The notes below the pieces were generated by a model, which was given only the letters and a program-made list of their open reading frames with translations, was not told the DNA's origin and ran no database searches. From an uncultured delta proteobacterium (GTDB taxonomy: Bacteria > Desulfobacterota > Binatia > UBA9968): DNA of 64,000 nt. The stretch's first letter is position 1; the number at the start of each line of letters is the position of its first letter. The translations under genes and the position numbers were made by a program. This document shows, one piece after another, positions 28,412-38,064 of the stretch. Location: the NCBI GenBank assembly GCA_963804165.1, contig CAWDPO010000017.1, positions 256,001 through 320,000 of the forward strand, written 5' to 3'.

Positions 28412-30634
28412 ATGACGCAGGTCGTTGGCAAACCGACACCGAGGGTCGAGGGCGTGCTTAAGGTCACGGGTAAAGCGCTCTACAGCGCGGATTTGCAATT
28501 ACCCGATTCTTTATGGGGCAGATGCTTGCGCAGTCCGATTCCATACGGACGAATCAAGCGCATCGATACCGGCAAAGCTTGGCAAGTGCCGGGAGTAAAA
28601 ACGGTGATCACGGGTCAGGACGTGACCGGCTTACGCATCGGGCGCTGTATCTACGATACTCCAGTGCTGGCGGATGGCGTGGTTCGGTTCATCGGTGAAA
28701 AGGTTGCTGCCGTGGCCGCGGAAACGAGACTCGCCGCAGAGCAGGCCCTCGAATTGATCGAAGTGGAATATGAAGAGCTGGAACCGCTGCTCGATCCTGT
28801 AGAGGCGGCAAAGCCGGGCGCGCCGGTGCTCCACCCTGATTTACTTTCTTACAAAGGTCTGCCGGTTCCCCTGGAAAACGTCAGCAACGTCGTTGCCTAT
28901 TTGAAGTGGGGCAAGGGGAATCTCGAAGAAGGCTTCAAGCAGGCCGACGTGACCGTCGAGAATACGTTCACCACCCAGGTGACGCATCAATCCTATCTCG
29001 AACCCCACGCTTGCGTGGTCAAGGCCGAGGCGTCGGGCGGCGCAGAGGTGTGGTCATGCAGCAAGACACCGTTCGCGGTGCGCGGCCAGCTGTCGAACTG
29101 CATTGGCGTGGCGAAAGAAAAACTAATCTTCCATCCGACACACATCGGCGGCGACTTCGGCGGCAAGGGCGGCTTCATGGATGTTCCCGTGGCGTACTTT
29201 CTGTCGAAGAAAAGCGGGCAAGCGGTCAAGATGGTGATGGATTACACGGAGGAATTGACTGCGGGCAATCCGCGCCACGCCTCGATTATCAAGATCAAGA
29301 CCGGCGTCAAGAAAAACGGGACGATCGTCGCGCATCACATCGAGTTTATGTTCGACAGCGGCGCTTACGCGTCGATGAAGCCGGCAGGTTATCTGATCGG
29401 CGCATCGACTTGCGCCGGGCCGTACAAGATCGCCAACTGTCTGATCGAAGAACGGATGGTTTACACCAACAAAATTCCCTGCGGCCATATGCGGGCGCCC
29501 GGCGACCCGCAGGGGTTTTTCGCCAACGAAAGTCAGCTCGATATCGTCGCGCGCAAGCTCGGCATGGATCCGGCGGAGTTCAAACGCCGAAACATGCTGC
29601 GCGACGGCGACGAAACGCCGATCGGCGGCCATATTTCGCACATCCGAGGCCAAGAAGCGCTGGAAAAAGCGATTCAACTTGCGGGCTACGGAAAACCGAA
29701 GCCCAAAAATGTCGGCCGCGGTCTATCCTTTTCCGAGTGGAGCCCGAGTGGCGGCGAAGGCAACGTTTTCGTGACGATCGAGGACGACGGCAAGGTTAAA
29801 GTGATTACGCCGGTCGTCGACCAGGGTGCCGGAGTGCTCACGGTGATCGTCGAAGTGGTGGGCGAGGAATTACAAGTTCCGGCCGATGAGATCGAGTTAA
29901 AGCAAGCGGACAGCACGATCGTGCCGAGCGACGGCGGTGTCGGCGGCAGCCGCGCGACGCGAGTTTACGGCAACGCTTCATACGAAGCGGGTATTAAGGC
30001 GCGAGAAGAGCTGTTCGCCTTTGCGGCGCAGGCCTTGGAAGTCGATCCCAAGGAACTGGATCTCGATCGGGGAATGATTCTGCACAAGAGTTCGAAGCGC
30101 AAAATGAGCTTCGCCGAAGTCGTGAAATTCAAAGGCGCGCCGATCTACGTGCGCGGGTATTACAAGAGTACGGAAAAATCCCACGACGCTTCCGTGTCGG
30201 CGCAAATCGCCGAGGTGCACGTCGACCAGGAGACCGGCAAGGTCACTTTGCGCAACATGGTCTCGGCGCACACAACGGGCAAAGTCATCAATCCCCTGAT
30301 GCATCAAGGACAGATAGAAGGCGGGGTCGTATTCGGTCTCGGTTATGCGCTCACTGAAGAAGTGATGTTCGATGGCGCCAAGATCACGACGACGAACTTC
30401 GGCGAATTCAAGATTCCCAACATTACGGACATCCCGCCGCTTAAAACTAACGTCATGGAAAACGTGCCGGCGGGCCCCGGACCGTACAATAGCCTGGCGA
30501 TCGGCGAGGTCGCCAACACGCCGACCGCAGCGGCAGTCGCAAACGCGGTGGCCGATGCTTGCGGGGTGCGCATTATGGATTTACCCGTAACGTCGGAGAA
30601 GGTGTATAGGGCGCTGAAGGCGCGAGGTGCGTGA
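28412..30634 (+). CDS. Xanthine dehydrogenase/CoxL-family molybdopterin-binding subunit
   Basis: KVTGKALYSAD, QSYLEPH, IGGDFGGKG, GHMRAPG, VDQGAG, GGSR, GQIEGG, AIGE. Confidence 0.93.
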   Translation: MTQVVGKPTPRVEGVLKVTGKALYSADLQLPDSLWGRCLRSPIPYGRIKRIDTGKAWQVPGVKTVITGQDVTGLRIGRCIYDTPVLADGVVRFIGEKVAAVAAETRLAAEQALELIEVEYEELEPLLDPVEAAKPGAPVLHPDLLSYKGLPVPLENVSNVVAYLKWGKGNLEEGFKQADVTVENTFTTQVTHQSYLEPHACVVKAEASGGAEVWSCSKTPFAVRGQLSNCIGVAKEKLIFHPTHIGGDFGGKGGFMDVPVAYFLSKKSGQAVKMVMDYTEELTAGNPRHASIIKIKTGVKKNGTIVAHHIEFMFDSGAYASMKPAGYLIGASTCAGPYKIANCLIEERMVYTNKIPCGHMRAPGDPQGFFANESQLDIVARKLGMDPAEFKRRNMLRDGDETPIGGHISHIRGQEALEKAIQLAGYGKPKPKNVGRGLSFSEWSPSGGEGNVFVTIEDDGKVKVITPVVDQGAGVLTVIVEVVGEELQVPADEIELKQADSTIVPSDGGVGGSRATRVYGNASYEAGIKAREELFAFAAQALEVDPKELDLDRGMILHKSSKRKMSFAEVVKFKGAPIYVRGYYKSTEKSHDASVSAQIAEVHVDQETGKVTLRNMVSAHTTGKVINPLMHQGQIEGGVVFGLGYALTEEVMFDGAKITTTNFGEFKIPNITDIPPLKTNVMENVPAGPGPYNSLAIGEVANTPTAAAVANAVADACGVRIMDLPVTSEKVYRALKARGA

Positions 30635-30700
30635 AGAAAAGAAATGAAAGCTGGTAATGAAAGGGAACTTGTCTTGTGTTTTTCCGATGACCAATCTGAC

Positions 30701-30794
30701 CTCTTCCCCCTCGACGGGGAAAGATTGAGATGGGGGTGCGAAAGAAATCTAAGATCACCCCTTCCTTTGTCCTTCCCCGTCAAGGGGAAGGAAA
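30701..30794. repeat. Family B inverted REP pair (uninterrupted version of 3521-3638)
   Basis: ctcttccccctcgacggggaaagattgagatgggggtg...caccccttcctttgtccttccccgtcaaggggaagg. Confidence 0.85.
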
Positions 30795-30872
30795 TGATAG
30801 AAATGCCGGTCCATGATTCGGAATCAGCATACGAGCCAATGGTCTAGATTTCCGTAAAAGCAGGAGGTGCTT

Positions 30873-31949
30873 ATGCCTGAATCCTTACGATACTACATCG
30901 CTCACAACGGCGGATTAAAGATCGTCCAGCCGCAAGGTTCGTCGATGAGCACGGTCGGAGAATTTTTCGAAGGCAAAACTCTCGAGCATCTGATCGGCTG
31001 CAAGAACAATCCGGAGATCGTTTTTGCCGCGGTTGCTTTCGACGGCGGTTATCGCACCGAAGACGCCGGCAAATTCTGGACGAAAATCATGGATGGCGAC
31101 GTGCGCACCTTCACCGTCGATCCGCACGATGAGCGCGTCGTCTACATGGGCATCGGCCCGATCCGACTATTTCGCAGCGAGGATACTGGTAAAACCTGGG
31201 AACCGTTGGATGGCATGCTCGCTATTCCAGACGAAGCAAAAAAGAAATGGGACGTGCCGCCGCGTCTGCGCGGTGTCGAGTTTCCTCACGTGCGCCATAT
31301 TTTTATTCATCCGGATAATCCGAATCTCATCTTTGTCCTGCTTGAGCATGGCGGTGTACTGTTGAGCAGGGATCGCGGCAAAACTTGGTACGACCGGAGC
31401 ATTGGAATCAATTACGTCGACATGCACTACATCGAAAACTATCCGGGTAGCAAGGAGCGTTATTACGTTTCATCGGCGCGCGGTTTTTACCGCAGCGACA
31501 ATGCCGGCGAGCACTGGCGCCGCGTGGAGAACGGCATGCCGTGGAGCTATACGGAATTACACAGCTACTCGCACGAATGGCACTTCCTGCCCGGTGACAC
31601 ACCGCGCATGGTGCTCTGCGGCGGCAAAGGCTCGCCGGGAGTGTGGAGCAGAGAAAAAATACATCCTCATGGCTGTATCCTGCTCAGTGACGACGGTGGG
31701 GAAAACTGGCGCGTCTCGACGCAAGGATTGGAAAAAGAAAATCCCTGGATGCCGTGGGTGCTGGTGCATCATCCTACCGATCCGAAAGCGCTCTTCTGCG
31801 GTATGGGCGATGGGTCGCGCGGCTACGGTTTCGAAGCTCGCATCAAAGGCAAAGGCGCATTTTACACAAGCCGCGATCGTGGCGACTCGTGGGCACCCGT
31901 GATGACGGATACGCCCTCGATTCTAACCGCGTGGGTGGCACCGAACTAG
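30873..31949 (+). CDS. BNR/Asp-box beta-propeller protein (cytoplasmic)
   Basis: Repeated S.D.G.TW Asp-boxes (RSEDTGKTW, SRDRGKTW, RSDNAGEHW, SDDGGENW, SRDRGDSW); AGGAGG RBS. Confidence 0.85.
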   Translation: MPESLRYYIAHNGGLKIVQPQGSSMSTVGEFFEGKTLEHLIGCKNNPEIVFAAVAFDGGYRTEDAGKFWTKIMDGDVRTFTVDPHDERVVYMGIGPIRLFRSEDTGKTWEPLDGMLAIPDEAKKKWDVPPRLRGVEFPHVRHIFIHPDNPNLIFVLLEHGGVLLSRDRGKTWYDRSIGINYVDMHYIENYPGSKERYYVSSARGFYRSDNAGEHWRRVENGMPWSYTELHSYSHEWHFLPGDTPRMVLCGGKGSPGVWSREKIHPHGCILLSDDGGENWRVSTQGLEKENPWMPWVLVHHPTDPKALFCGMGDGSRGYGFEARIKGKGAFYTSRDRGDSWAPVMTDTPSILTAWVAPN

Positions 31950-32164
31950 GAATGTAGCCGCAAAGAACGCAAAGAGCACAAAGGGTTTCACAAACGCTGC
32001 GCGGAGTTTTTTAGAATTCCGTCATTCCCGTGAAAATGGAAATCCAGGGTTCTCTTGACTTGCCTGGACTCCCTCCGGCTTCTGCGGCAATGACGACCTT
32101 TCTTTTGGATCCAACCTTTACCGGCGCGTAGATCACGAACCAACGAGTGCAATTGCGAATACCC

Positions 32165-32850
32165 ATGCGACTTGTAATCGCTATTACCATCCTGGTGCAG
32201 CTGCACATGGACGCACCGTCTTGGGCGCAGAACAAAGTGCGTCTCAACTGGGGCGCCATCAGCGGCGTGATGAGTCCCATCTGGGTCGCGCAGGAAGAGG
32301 GACTGTTCAAGAAACACGGACTCGACATCGAATTGATCCATATCGCTTCCACTTCCAAGGCAATCCAATCGATGGTGTCCGGTGAGATTCAATTTACCAC
32401 GGCGGACGCGCTCAACAGCATCCAAGCGGTGGCCGCGGGCGCCGATGTTGTGATGGTTTGTGAGGGCGTCAATCGATTTGTTTTCTCGATCATGGCTCGC
32501 GCCGATCTTAAACGAGTCGCGGATCTCAAGGGGAAAAAGATCGGTATTACCCGTCTCGGCTCGTCGACACACACCGCGGTGCTTTACGTCGTCAACAAAG
32601 CAGGTCTCGGCGGCAACGATTACACGCTGCTGCAACTCGGCGAGGTGCCGAATATCCTTACCACGATGTTGGCGGCACAGATCGACGCCGGTGCGCTTTC
32701 GCCACCGACCAATAGCCGGGCGAAAAAAGCGGGACTGTACGAGCTGGTCAATCTTGGCGTGGACGGGCCCGAGTATCCCTCAACCGTGATCGCGAGCACG
32801 CGCGCTTACGTGAAAGCCAATCCGGACATCACACGACGCATGGTCCGGGC
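32165..32850 (+). pseudogene. NMT1-like substrate-binding protein, C-terminally truncated
   Basis: Normal family sequence to ...ANPDITRRMVRA, then unrelated sequence that reads into the 3' end of the convergent gene. Confidence 0.7.
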
Positions 32851-32899
32851 AACGGTTCCACCCGCATCGATTCGCACGGTTGAAATCCGGCGGCAGAGT

Positions 32900-34054
32900 T
32901 CAAATTCGCAAATTGTAAAACCTGCGTGCGTTTTCACCGAGTAAGTCGGCTTTTTCGGCGGCGGTCAGGGCTTCGGATCCCTTGATCGTTTGCACGCGAT
33001 CCCAATCCATATCGCTGTGGGGGTAATCGCTGGCGTACATGAATCCTTTACTGCCGAGCTGATCGATGATCGAGCGCAGGTTCTCGTCGCCTTCAAAGCC
33101 GCTCAAGATTCTGCCTTCTAGAATATCTTCGCCGGGCTCGTGGACTGTGGCGGCCAACTCGTAGGGCTCTCTTCCCCAGTCGCTCTCTTTGCGGCCGGCG
33201 CGCGGTTCAAGGACATGCTCGATGTGTTTCCCCACCCACCAATTCCAGTAAGGCAGCCAACTGGCGCCGATCTCCAAGAAAGCGCAGCGCAAACGAGGCA
33301 GCGTCTTCAGCAGCCCCGTTTGGACCAGCGACATCATCGCCACCATCATTGAAAACGGCATCGCGGTAACGTGCGTCGAGAAAAAATCGGTGAAGCAGTC
33401 TGCCCAGGGCGTGTAGTGCATGCCGGTGACAGCGTGAAATCCGACGGGAGCGTCGAGGTCGTTCATGGTCTCGAAGAAGGGAACGAACTCCTTGGCGTGA
33501 AGAGGAGTGTTTCCTACCATGCCGGGAATGACGACTCCGTTGAGGCCGAGTTTTTTCACTGCGCGCCGAGCTTCATCGACCGCGGCGGGAGGATCCTGAA
33601 TCGGCACCAGAGCGACTCCGCCCAGGCGTTTCGGGGCTTTGGCGCATTGCTCGGCGATATAATTGTTGTAGGCGCGGCACACGGCGGCGGCCAACTCTTT
33701 GTTTTCGAGATCGAACACCCAAACCAGCGCCGTCGGATAAACGATCTGGAAATCGATTTCCATCCGATCCATGTCCTGCAGGCGGCCCTCGATGTCGTCG
33801 AGAGAATTATCTTTAGCTTTCATCTCCGCATGGCGCGGCGTCTGATAGCGAAAGCCGCCGCCGCCGACGCCTTTGGTAAAAGGCAGACGCGGCACGAGCC
33901 GTCCCTCGACCAGCCAACGTCCGGTATCTCTCGGCTCATCGCGCAGATCGACAATACGGGGACGCGCCGAATAGAATTCTTTTTCCATGTAGCGATCGAA
34001 GAGATCGAAAGGCTCATGTAGGTGTCCGTCCGAATCGATGACTTGCACAGGCAT
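32900..34054 (-). CDS. Amidohydrolase family 2 protein
   Basis: IDSDGHL, DMDRMEID..IVYPT, AYNN, GFH, YASDYPH, GENARRFY. Confidence 0.92.
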   Translation of the reverse strand: MPVQVIDSDGHLHEPFDLFDRYMEKEFYSARPRIVDLRDEPRDTGRWLVEGRLVPRLPFTKGVGGGGFRYQTPRHAEMKAKDNSLDDIEGRLQDMDRMEIDFQIVYPTALVWVFDLENKELAAAVCRAYNNYIAEQCAKAPKRLGGVALVPIQDPPAAVDEARRAVKKLGLNGVVIPGMVGNTPLHAKEFVPFFETMNDLDAPVGFHAVTGMHYTPWADCFTDFFSTHVTAMPFSMMVAMMSLVQTGLLKTLPRLRCAFLEIGASWLPYWNWWVGKHIEHVLEPRAGRKESDWGREPYELAATVHEPGEDILEGRILSGFEGDENLRSIIDQLGSKGFMYASDYPHSDMDWDRVQTIKGSEALTAAEKADLLGENARRFYNLRI

Positions 34055-34080
34055 CTCCTCCTTTGGTCTACTTCCAGGCC

Positions 34081-34390
34081 TTAGCGGATGGCACAGTCTT
34101 TTTCAAGATAAGTGCTATTCAATATCTTCCTACGTCTAGCGTTTAATGCTGCCAACCGAGACACCGTGCAAATTTCATCTTGAAGGCAGGACCCAATTGA
34201 ACTAATTTGCGGCGGTTGCCGTCTACTCTGTGGAGAGGAGATGAAGAATGGCACGAAAGCTTGGGTCATAACTGGAGCGGTGATTACGCTGTTGGCACCA
34301 CCGGCGCGTGGATCGAGTCGATGATCAAAGGCGAAACCTAGTCGGTACCATTCCTCCGAATCGATGCCTTGCATAGGCATCTCCTCCTGG
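34081..34390 (-). pseudogene. Heavily deleted duplicate of the adjacent amidohydrolase gene
   Basis: RBS and start nearly repeated (AGGAGGAGATGCCT..GCAAG.CATCGATTCGGA): MPMQGIDSE vs MPVQVIDSD; internal AFVPFF vs EFVPFF. Confidence 0.55.
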
Positions 34391-34553
34391 AATTGATCTT
34401 CAGTTTGTTCTGGATGGCCTACTGTGTTTTGGGAAATACGTGGAGTCCGGCGCCGGGTCGTTCACGTGTGATCATTGGCACGATTGGATCAGTTGTGTTT
34501 ATCTTCATGGTATACGGTATCAGGATTCCGTCATCTGGCATGTGTTAGAATAA

Positions 34554-35459
34554 ATGACGAGCATGGATCGTATGAGTGACGCTAACTTTTATCAGATTCT
34601 CGGCGTGGGACCGTCTGCGAGCGCCCGAGAAATCAAATCAGCATATAGAAAACTCGTCAAACAATATCACCCGGATCTGTTTCCCGCAGCGGCCGCGAAA
34701 GCGGAAGCGACCGAGAAGTTACGCCAAGTCAACGAGGCCTATGCGGTCCTTGGGAATCCCAAGCGGCGTCGTGATTATGATCAAAGGCTTTTTCAAACGC
34801 CAAAAGAGCGCGTTCGAGCTCCCGCCGCGGCCGAGCGCCGTGAAACGCAGCGTCCTCGCCGTTATGGCAGTGTTCGAAGCAAGACAGAAAAAATCAAAAC
34901 TCTGAAGGAGCGCCTGCACTTTTCGAAAAAGCAGGTGGCATATGCTCTGGTGGCGGCGCTCGTGGTGTTGATCGTTGTGTATGCGAATCGAAGCGTGCCG
35001 AGACTGATCGTCACATATACCTTGGTCGAGAAGGTTGAGGTTTCACCACCGAAGGGACCTCCTCCGTTAGATGAAACCAACCAGGGCTGGGTCACCATAG
35101 GCCAGTACGCTACTGTCGCAGAATGTGCTGGGATGGTGAAAGAGAAAGTCCGAAAGGATGAACAAGAGGGAAGCCGAGCTGCCTTTGGCCAGGCGAACGG
35201 CACCATGGCCATAACGGTCCTTATAAAGACGGAAACAGCGAAGAAGCTGGAGAAATCTTATGCTGCTGACAGTCCGGAGCGATCCGCTGCGAACGAAAGC
35301 CCCTCGCAGCCAGAACAAAGGCTAACCAAAGACGGACCGGAATCTCCCGAGAACGGTATGACTAAACGGGTAAGAAACCTCGAGTGCCGGGCGGTGCAAC
35401 GGGTAGTGCATGAGTCGTGGTTCCAAAAAGCGTGGCGAGGAGTGACGTCGCCGTCTTAA
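34554..35459 (+). CDS. J-domain (DnaJ-like) membrane protein
   Basis: FYQILGV..SAS..EIKSAYRKLVKQYHPD, NEAYAVL; one TM helix (VAYALVAALVVLIVVY). Confidence 0.88.
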   Translation: MTSMDRMSDANFYQILGVGPSASAREIKSAYRKLVKQYHPDLFPAAAAKAEATEKLRQVNEAYAVLGNPKRRRDYDQRLFQTPKERVRAPAAAERRETQRPRRYGSVRSKTEKIKTLKERLHFSKKQVAYALVAALVVLIVVYANRSVPRLIVTYTLVEKVEVSPPKGPPPLDETNQGWVTIGQYATVAECAGMVKEKVRKDEQEGSRAAFGQANGTMAITVLIKTETAKKLEKSYAADSPERSAANESPSQPEQRLTKDGPESPENGMTKRVRNLECRAVQRVVHESWFQKAWRGVTSPS

Positions 35460-35567
35460 GGGCAAAAATGGATTTTCCACACTGGAAAATCTACACGGCT
35501 CACACCTGTCGGATTTTCCCGGGACCTCATCGGGCTACATGGATCGTTGCCGCCCGGACGCCCCTGC

Positions 35568-36689
35568 TCATTCCCCAAACCCATACAGCCGCGCGCAGTT
35601 ATCCCAGAGGTATTTCCTTTTCGTTTGATCGCTGAACGGCAGCTTGAGAAAAGTCTCCACCGCATGTGGAAACTTGACGTCGAGGTGCGGGTAGTCGGTC
35701 GAGAAAACGATGTTGTCTTCCAAGCCGAAGTCGGGGATATTCTTCGCGACTATTTCGTCGCACTCCACAGCGCCCCAGCACTGGCGTTGAAAATATTCCA
35801 GCGGCTCTAGTTTCATTTCCGGATGTTCGGCGGCGCCAGTGAGCTCAGCGTACTCGCCCATTCTCCATAAAAGCCAGGGGAGCCAGGCGCAGTTGCCTTC
35901 TAAGAATGCTACTTTCAATTTCGGGAAGCGCTCCATTACGCCGCCGTAGATCATGTCGGCGCAGGCGAACATGTTTGCCATGGGAAACGACAGCGTGTTG
36001 AACATCGCGAAGCTCGGAATGAATTCGGACAGCGCGGGCTGAGGCAAGAAAACTCGACCGGCTTCGTGGAAGCCGACGGGAATATCGAGTTTCTGACATT
36101 CCTCCCACAGCGGATTGTAATAAGGATCGCTCCACATCCTACCGTTGACGTGGTTGGGGCGCATTAGGATGCTCCGAAAACCCAGCTCCTTGACCACGCG
36201 GCGCGTCTCCTCGACTGCCGACGACACGTCATGAGGCGCGACGATGCCGGCGCCGTACATGCGATTGGTCGCAACCTTGCAGAAATCATGCATCCAGTCG
36301 TTGTAGGCTTTGGCGATGGCAGCGGCCAATTCCGGATCGAGCCCGTCGACGGCGAGCACGAACAAGCCGCGGCTCGGATAGAGAATCGCCACGTCGAGAC
36401 CTTCCTTGTCCATGGCGCGCACCTGCGCCACGTTGTCAAAGTCGCGCGCTTCCTCCTCGGGATACTTTTCGTTGAGAATGCGTTCGCGGATCGGTCCCAG
36501 CGCAGGAATAGGTTTCGGCGTCGGCCGCGGCATGATCTTGCCGTCAACTTGGACGCCGAGATCGCGCTTGTGGCGGTTGAGACCGATGGGCGCGCGATCA
36601 AGGAATTTCTCGTCAATATACTTCTGCCACAGATTGCAGGGCTCCATCACGTGCATATCGGAGTCCATCGCTTTGAATCCGTTCTTCAT
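35568..36689 (-). CDS. Amidohydrolase family 2 protein
   Basis: MDSDMHV, AMDKEGLD.AILYPS, AYNDWM, GFHE, FSTDYPH. Confidence 0.92.
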   Translation of the reverse strand: MKNGFKAMDSDMHVMEPCNLWQKYIDEKFLDRAPIGLNRHKRDLGVQVDGKIMPRPTPKPIPALGPIRERILNEKYPEEEARDFDNVAQVRAMDKEGLDVAILYPSRGLFVLAVDGLDPELAAAIAKAYNDWMHDFCKVATNRMYGAGIVAPHDVSSAVEETRRVVKELGFRSILMRPNHVNGRMWSDPYYNPLWEECQKLDIPVGFHEAGRVFLPQPALSEFIPSFAMFNTLSFPMANMFACADMIYGGVMERFPKLKVAFLEGNCAWLPWLLWRMGEYAELTGAAEHPEMKLEPLEYFQRQCWGAVECDEIVAKNIPDFGLEDNIVFSTDYPHLDVKFPHAVETFLKLPFSDQTKRKYLWDNCARLYGFGE

Positions 36690-36800
36690 TTTGGTCTCCT
36701 TAGACTCGTCAACTGGAAAACGCTTGTCATTCGCATAACAAAGGGTCGGCAAGGTGTCAATTTGGCTGCGGAGGTTATAGCTCCCCGTCGCGTCAAAGAA

Positions 36801-37017
36801 CCCTCACTTCGTCAGACTGTGTGGATACTATCTCGGAGCGCTTCGACGGCGCTCATGGCGAACGGATAAGTATTCAAGTTCTAATATAACCGCACCGTTC
36901 GTGGTGAGCCAGCCTGCCCTGAGCGAAGTCGAAGGGAACCATCAACGGTGTTTTCACACACTCTGCCCTTCGAGATGACACATCCCCGACTGTCATTCCG
37001 AGCAAAGCGAGGAATCT
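36801..37017. repeat. Nested cluster of MITE/REP elements
   Basis: IR-bounded unit CAGACTGTGTGGA(36813)...TTCACACACTCTG(36965) containing a hairpin pair and the mini-element cctgccctgagcgaagtcgaaggg, flanked by family C sequence. Confidence 0.65.
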
Positions 37018-37026
37018 TTCCGGAAT

Positions 37027-37980
37027 TTACCGACCGGCTTTGTCAACGAATCTGAAATCAAAAACTTGCTCGGGCGAAATCGGCGTCTTGATATCCAAAG
37101 TCCTGCGCGTGAAGTCGAGAACGCCGTTGATCCATGCTTGGCTTGGCCGGCCTTCGTCGGCGAGCACCGTCTTGATGCCAGTCGAACATCGAGTGGCGAA
37201 GGATTCGTCGGGCATGTTTCAATTCTTTGGCGATAATTTGATCGATTCAGCGCGGTTTTGCCGATAGTAGGTGATGCCTCGCAGCGTGCTTTGACGAACG
37301 CCTGAATGTCGCTGGGGTTCTTCTTGATCAGATCGTCGGTGACGCCGAGGCCGCCGATGGGATAATGCGGCAAGTAATCGCCGGAAACGGCAAGTTTGAA
37401 AAAACCTTCCCGGGCGAGCATGAGACTTCGAGGCGGGCTGAAGATCGCCGCGGAGATCTTTCCGGCTTTGAGTCCAAGATAGAGATCTTCCTGTCTGCCG
37501 AGCGCCAAGATCGTCACGTCCTTATCGGGATTCAGCCCATTGCGTTCGAGAATCAAGCGGGTGATATGCTCGAAGGTTCCGCCGCGCGTGGTGATGGCGA
37601 CGAGTTTTCCTTTCAGCTGCTGGAATGAATGGATCTTCGGATCGGAAATCAAGTCGAAAGTCGGTTTAGTGGTGATGATCGGAAACCAATTTAACCGGAA
37701 CTCCGCGCGCTGCTGCGGCCAATATCGATCCTGAAGCGGTCGAGAAGTCGACTGAATTGTCCAGCACCGCGGGGACGCCCAAGGAGCCCGTGACGAGAAT
37801 GATTTCTACTTCCAGTCCTTCCTTTTGATAGAAACCCTTGGCCTGCGCCATTTTCAACGGAAGCGTGACGATATCGACCGTGGGAATGGCGAGGCGGACT
37901 TTTTTCAGCTGAGCGAATGCGGAGGTAGAGCCGATTGAGATGATCAAAGTTGTGAACAATACGATTCTCTTTATTAGCAT
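37027..37980 (-). CDS. NMT1-like substrate-binding protein, several single-base frameshifts
   Basis: Fragments MLIKRIVLF...KGFYQKEGLE / LKGKLVAITTRGG...GLNPDKD / PEQVFDFRFV in successive frames. Confidence 0.8.
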
Positions 37981-38064
37981 GTGATTGCTTCTAGAAGCGT
38001 CGCTGCTTCACTCATTCTCCACGAGTCTAGTTGCCCGCAGCCTGTTGTGAGGGACTTCAACGCT

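Noticed and set aside
28412-30634. Aerobic CO dehydrogenase CoxL
   Set aside because: Lacks the AYxCSFR motif and has no coxM/coxS neighbours.
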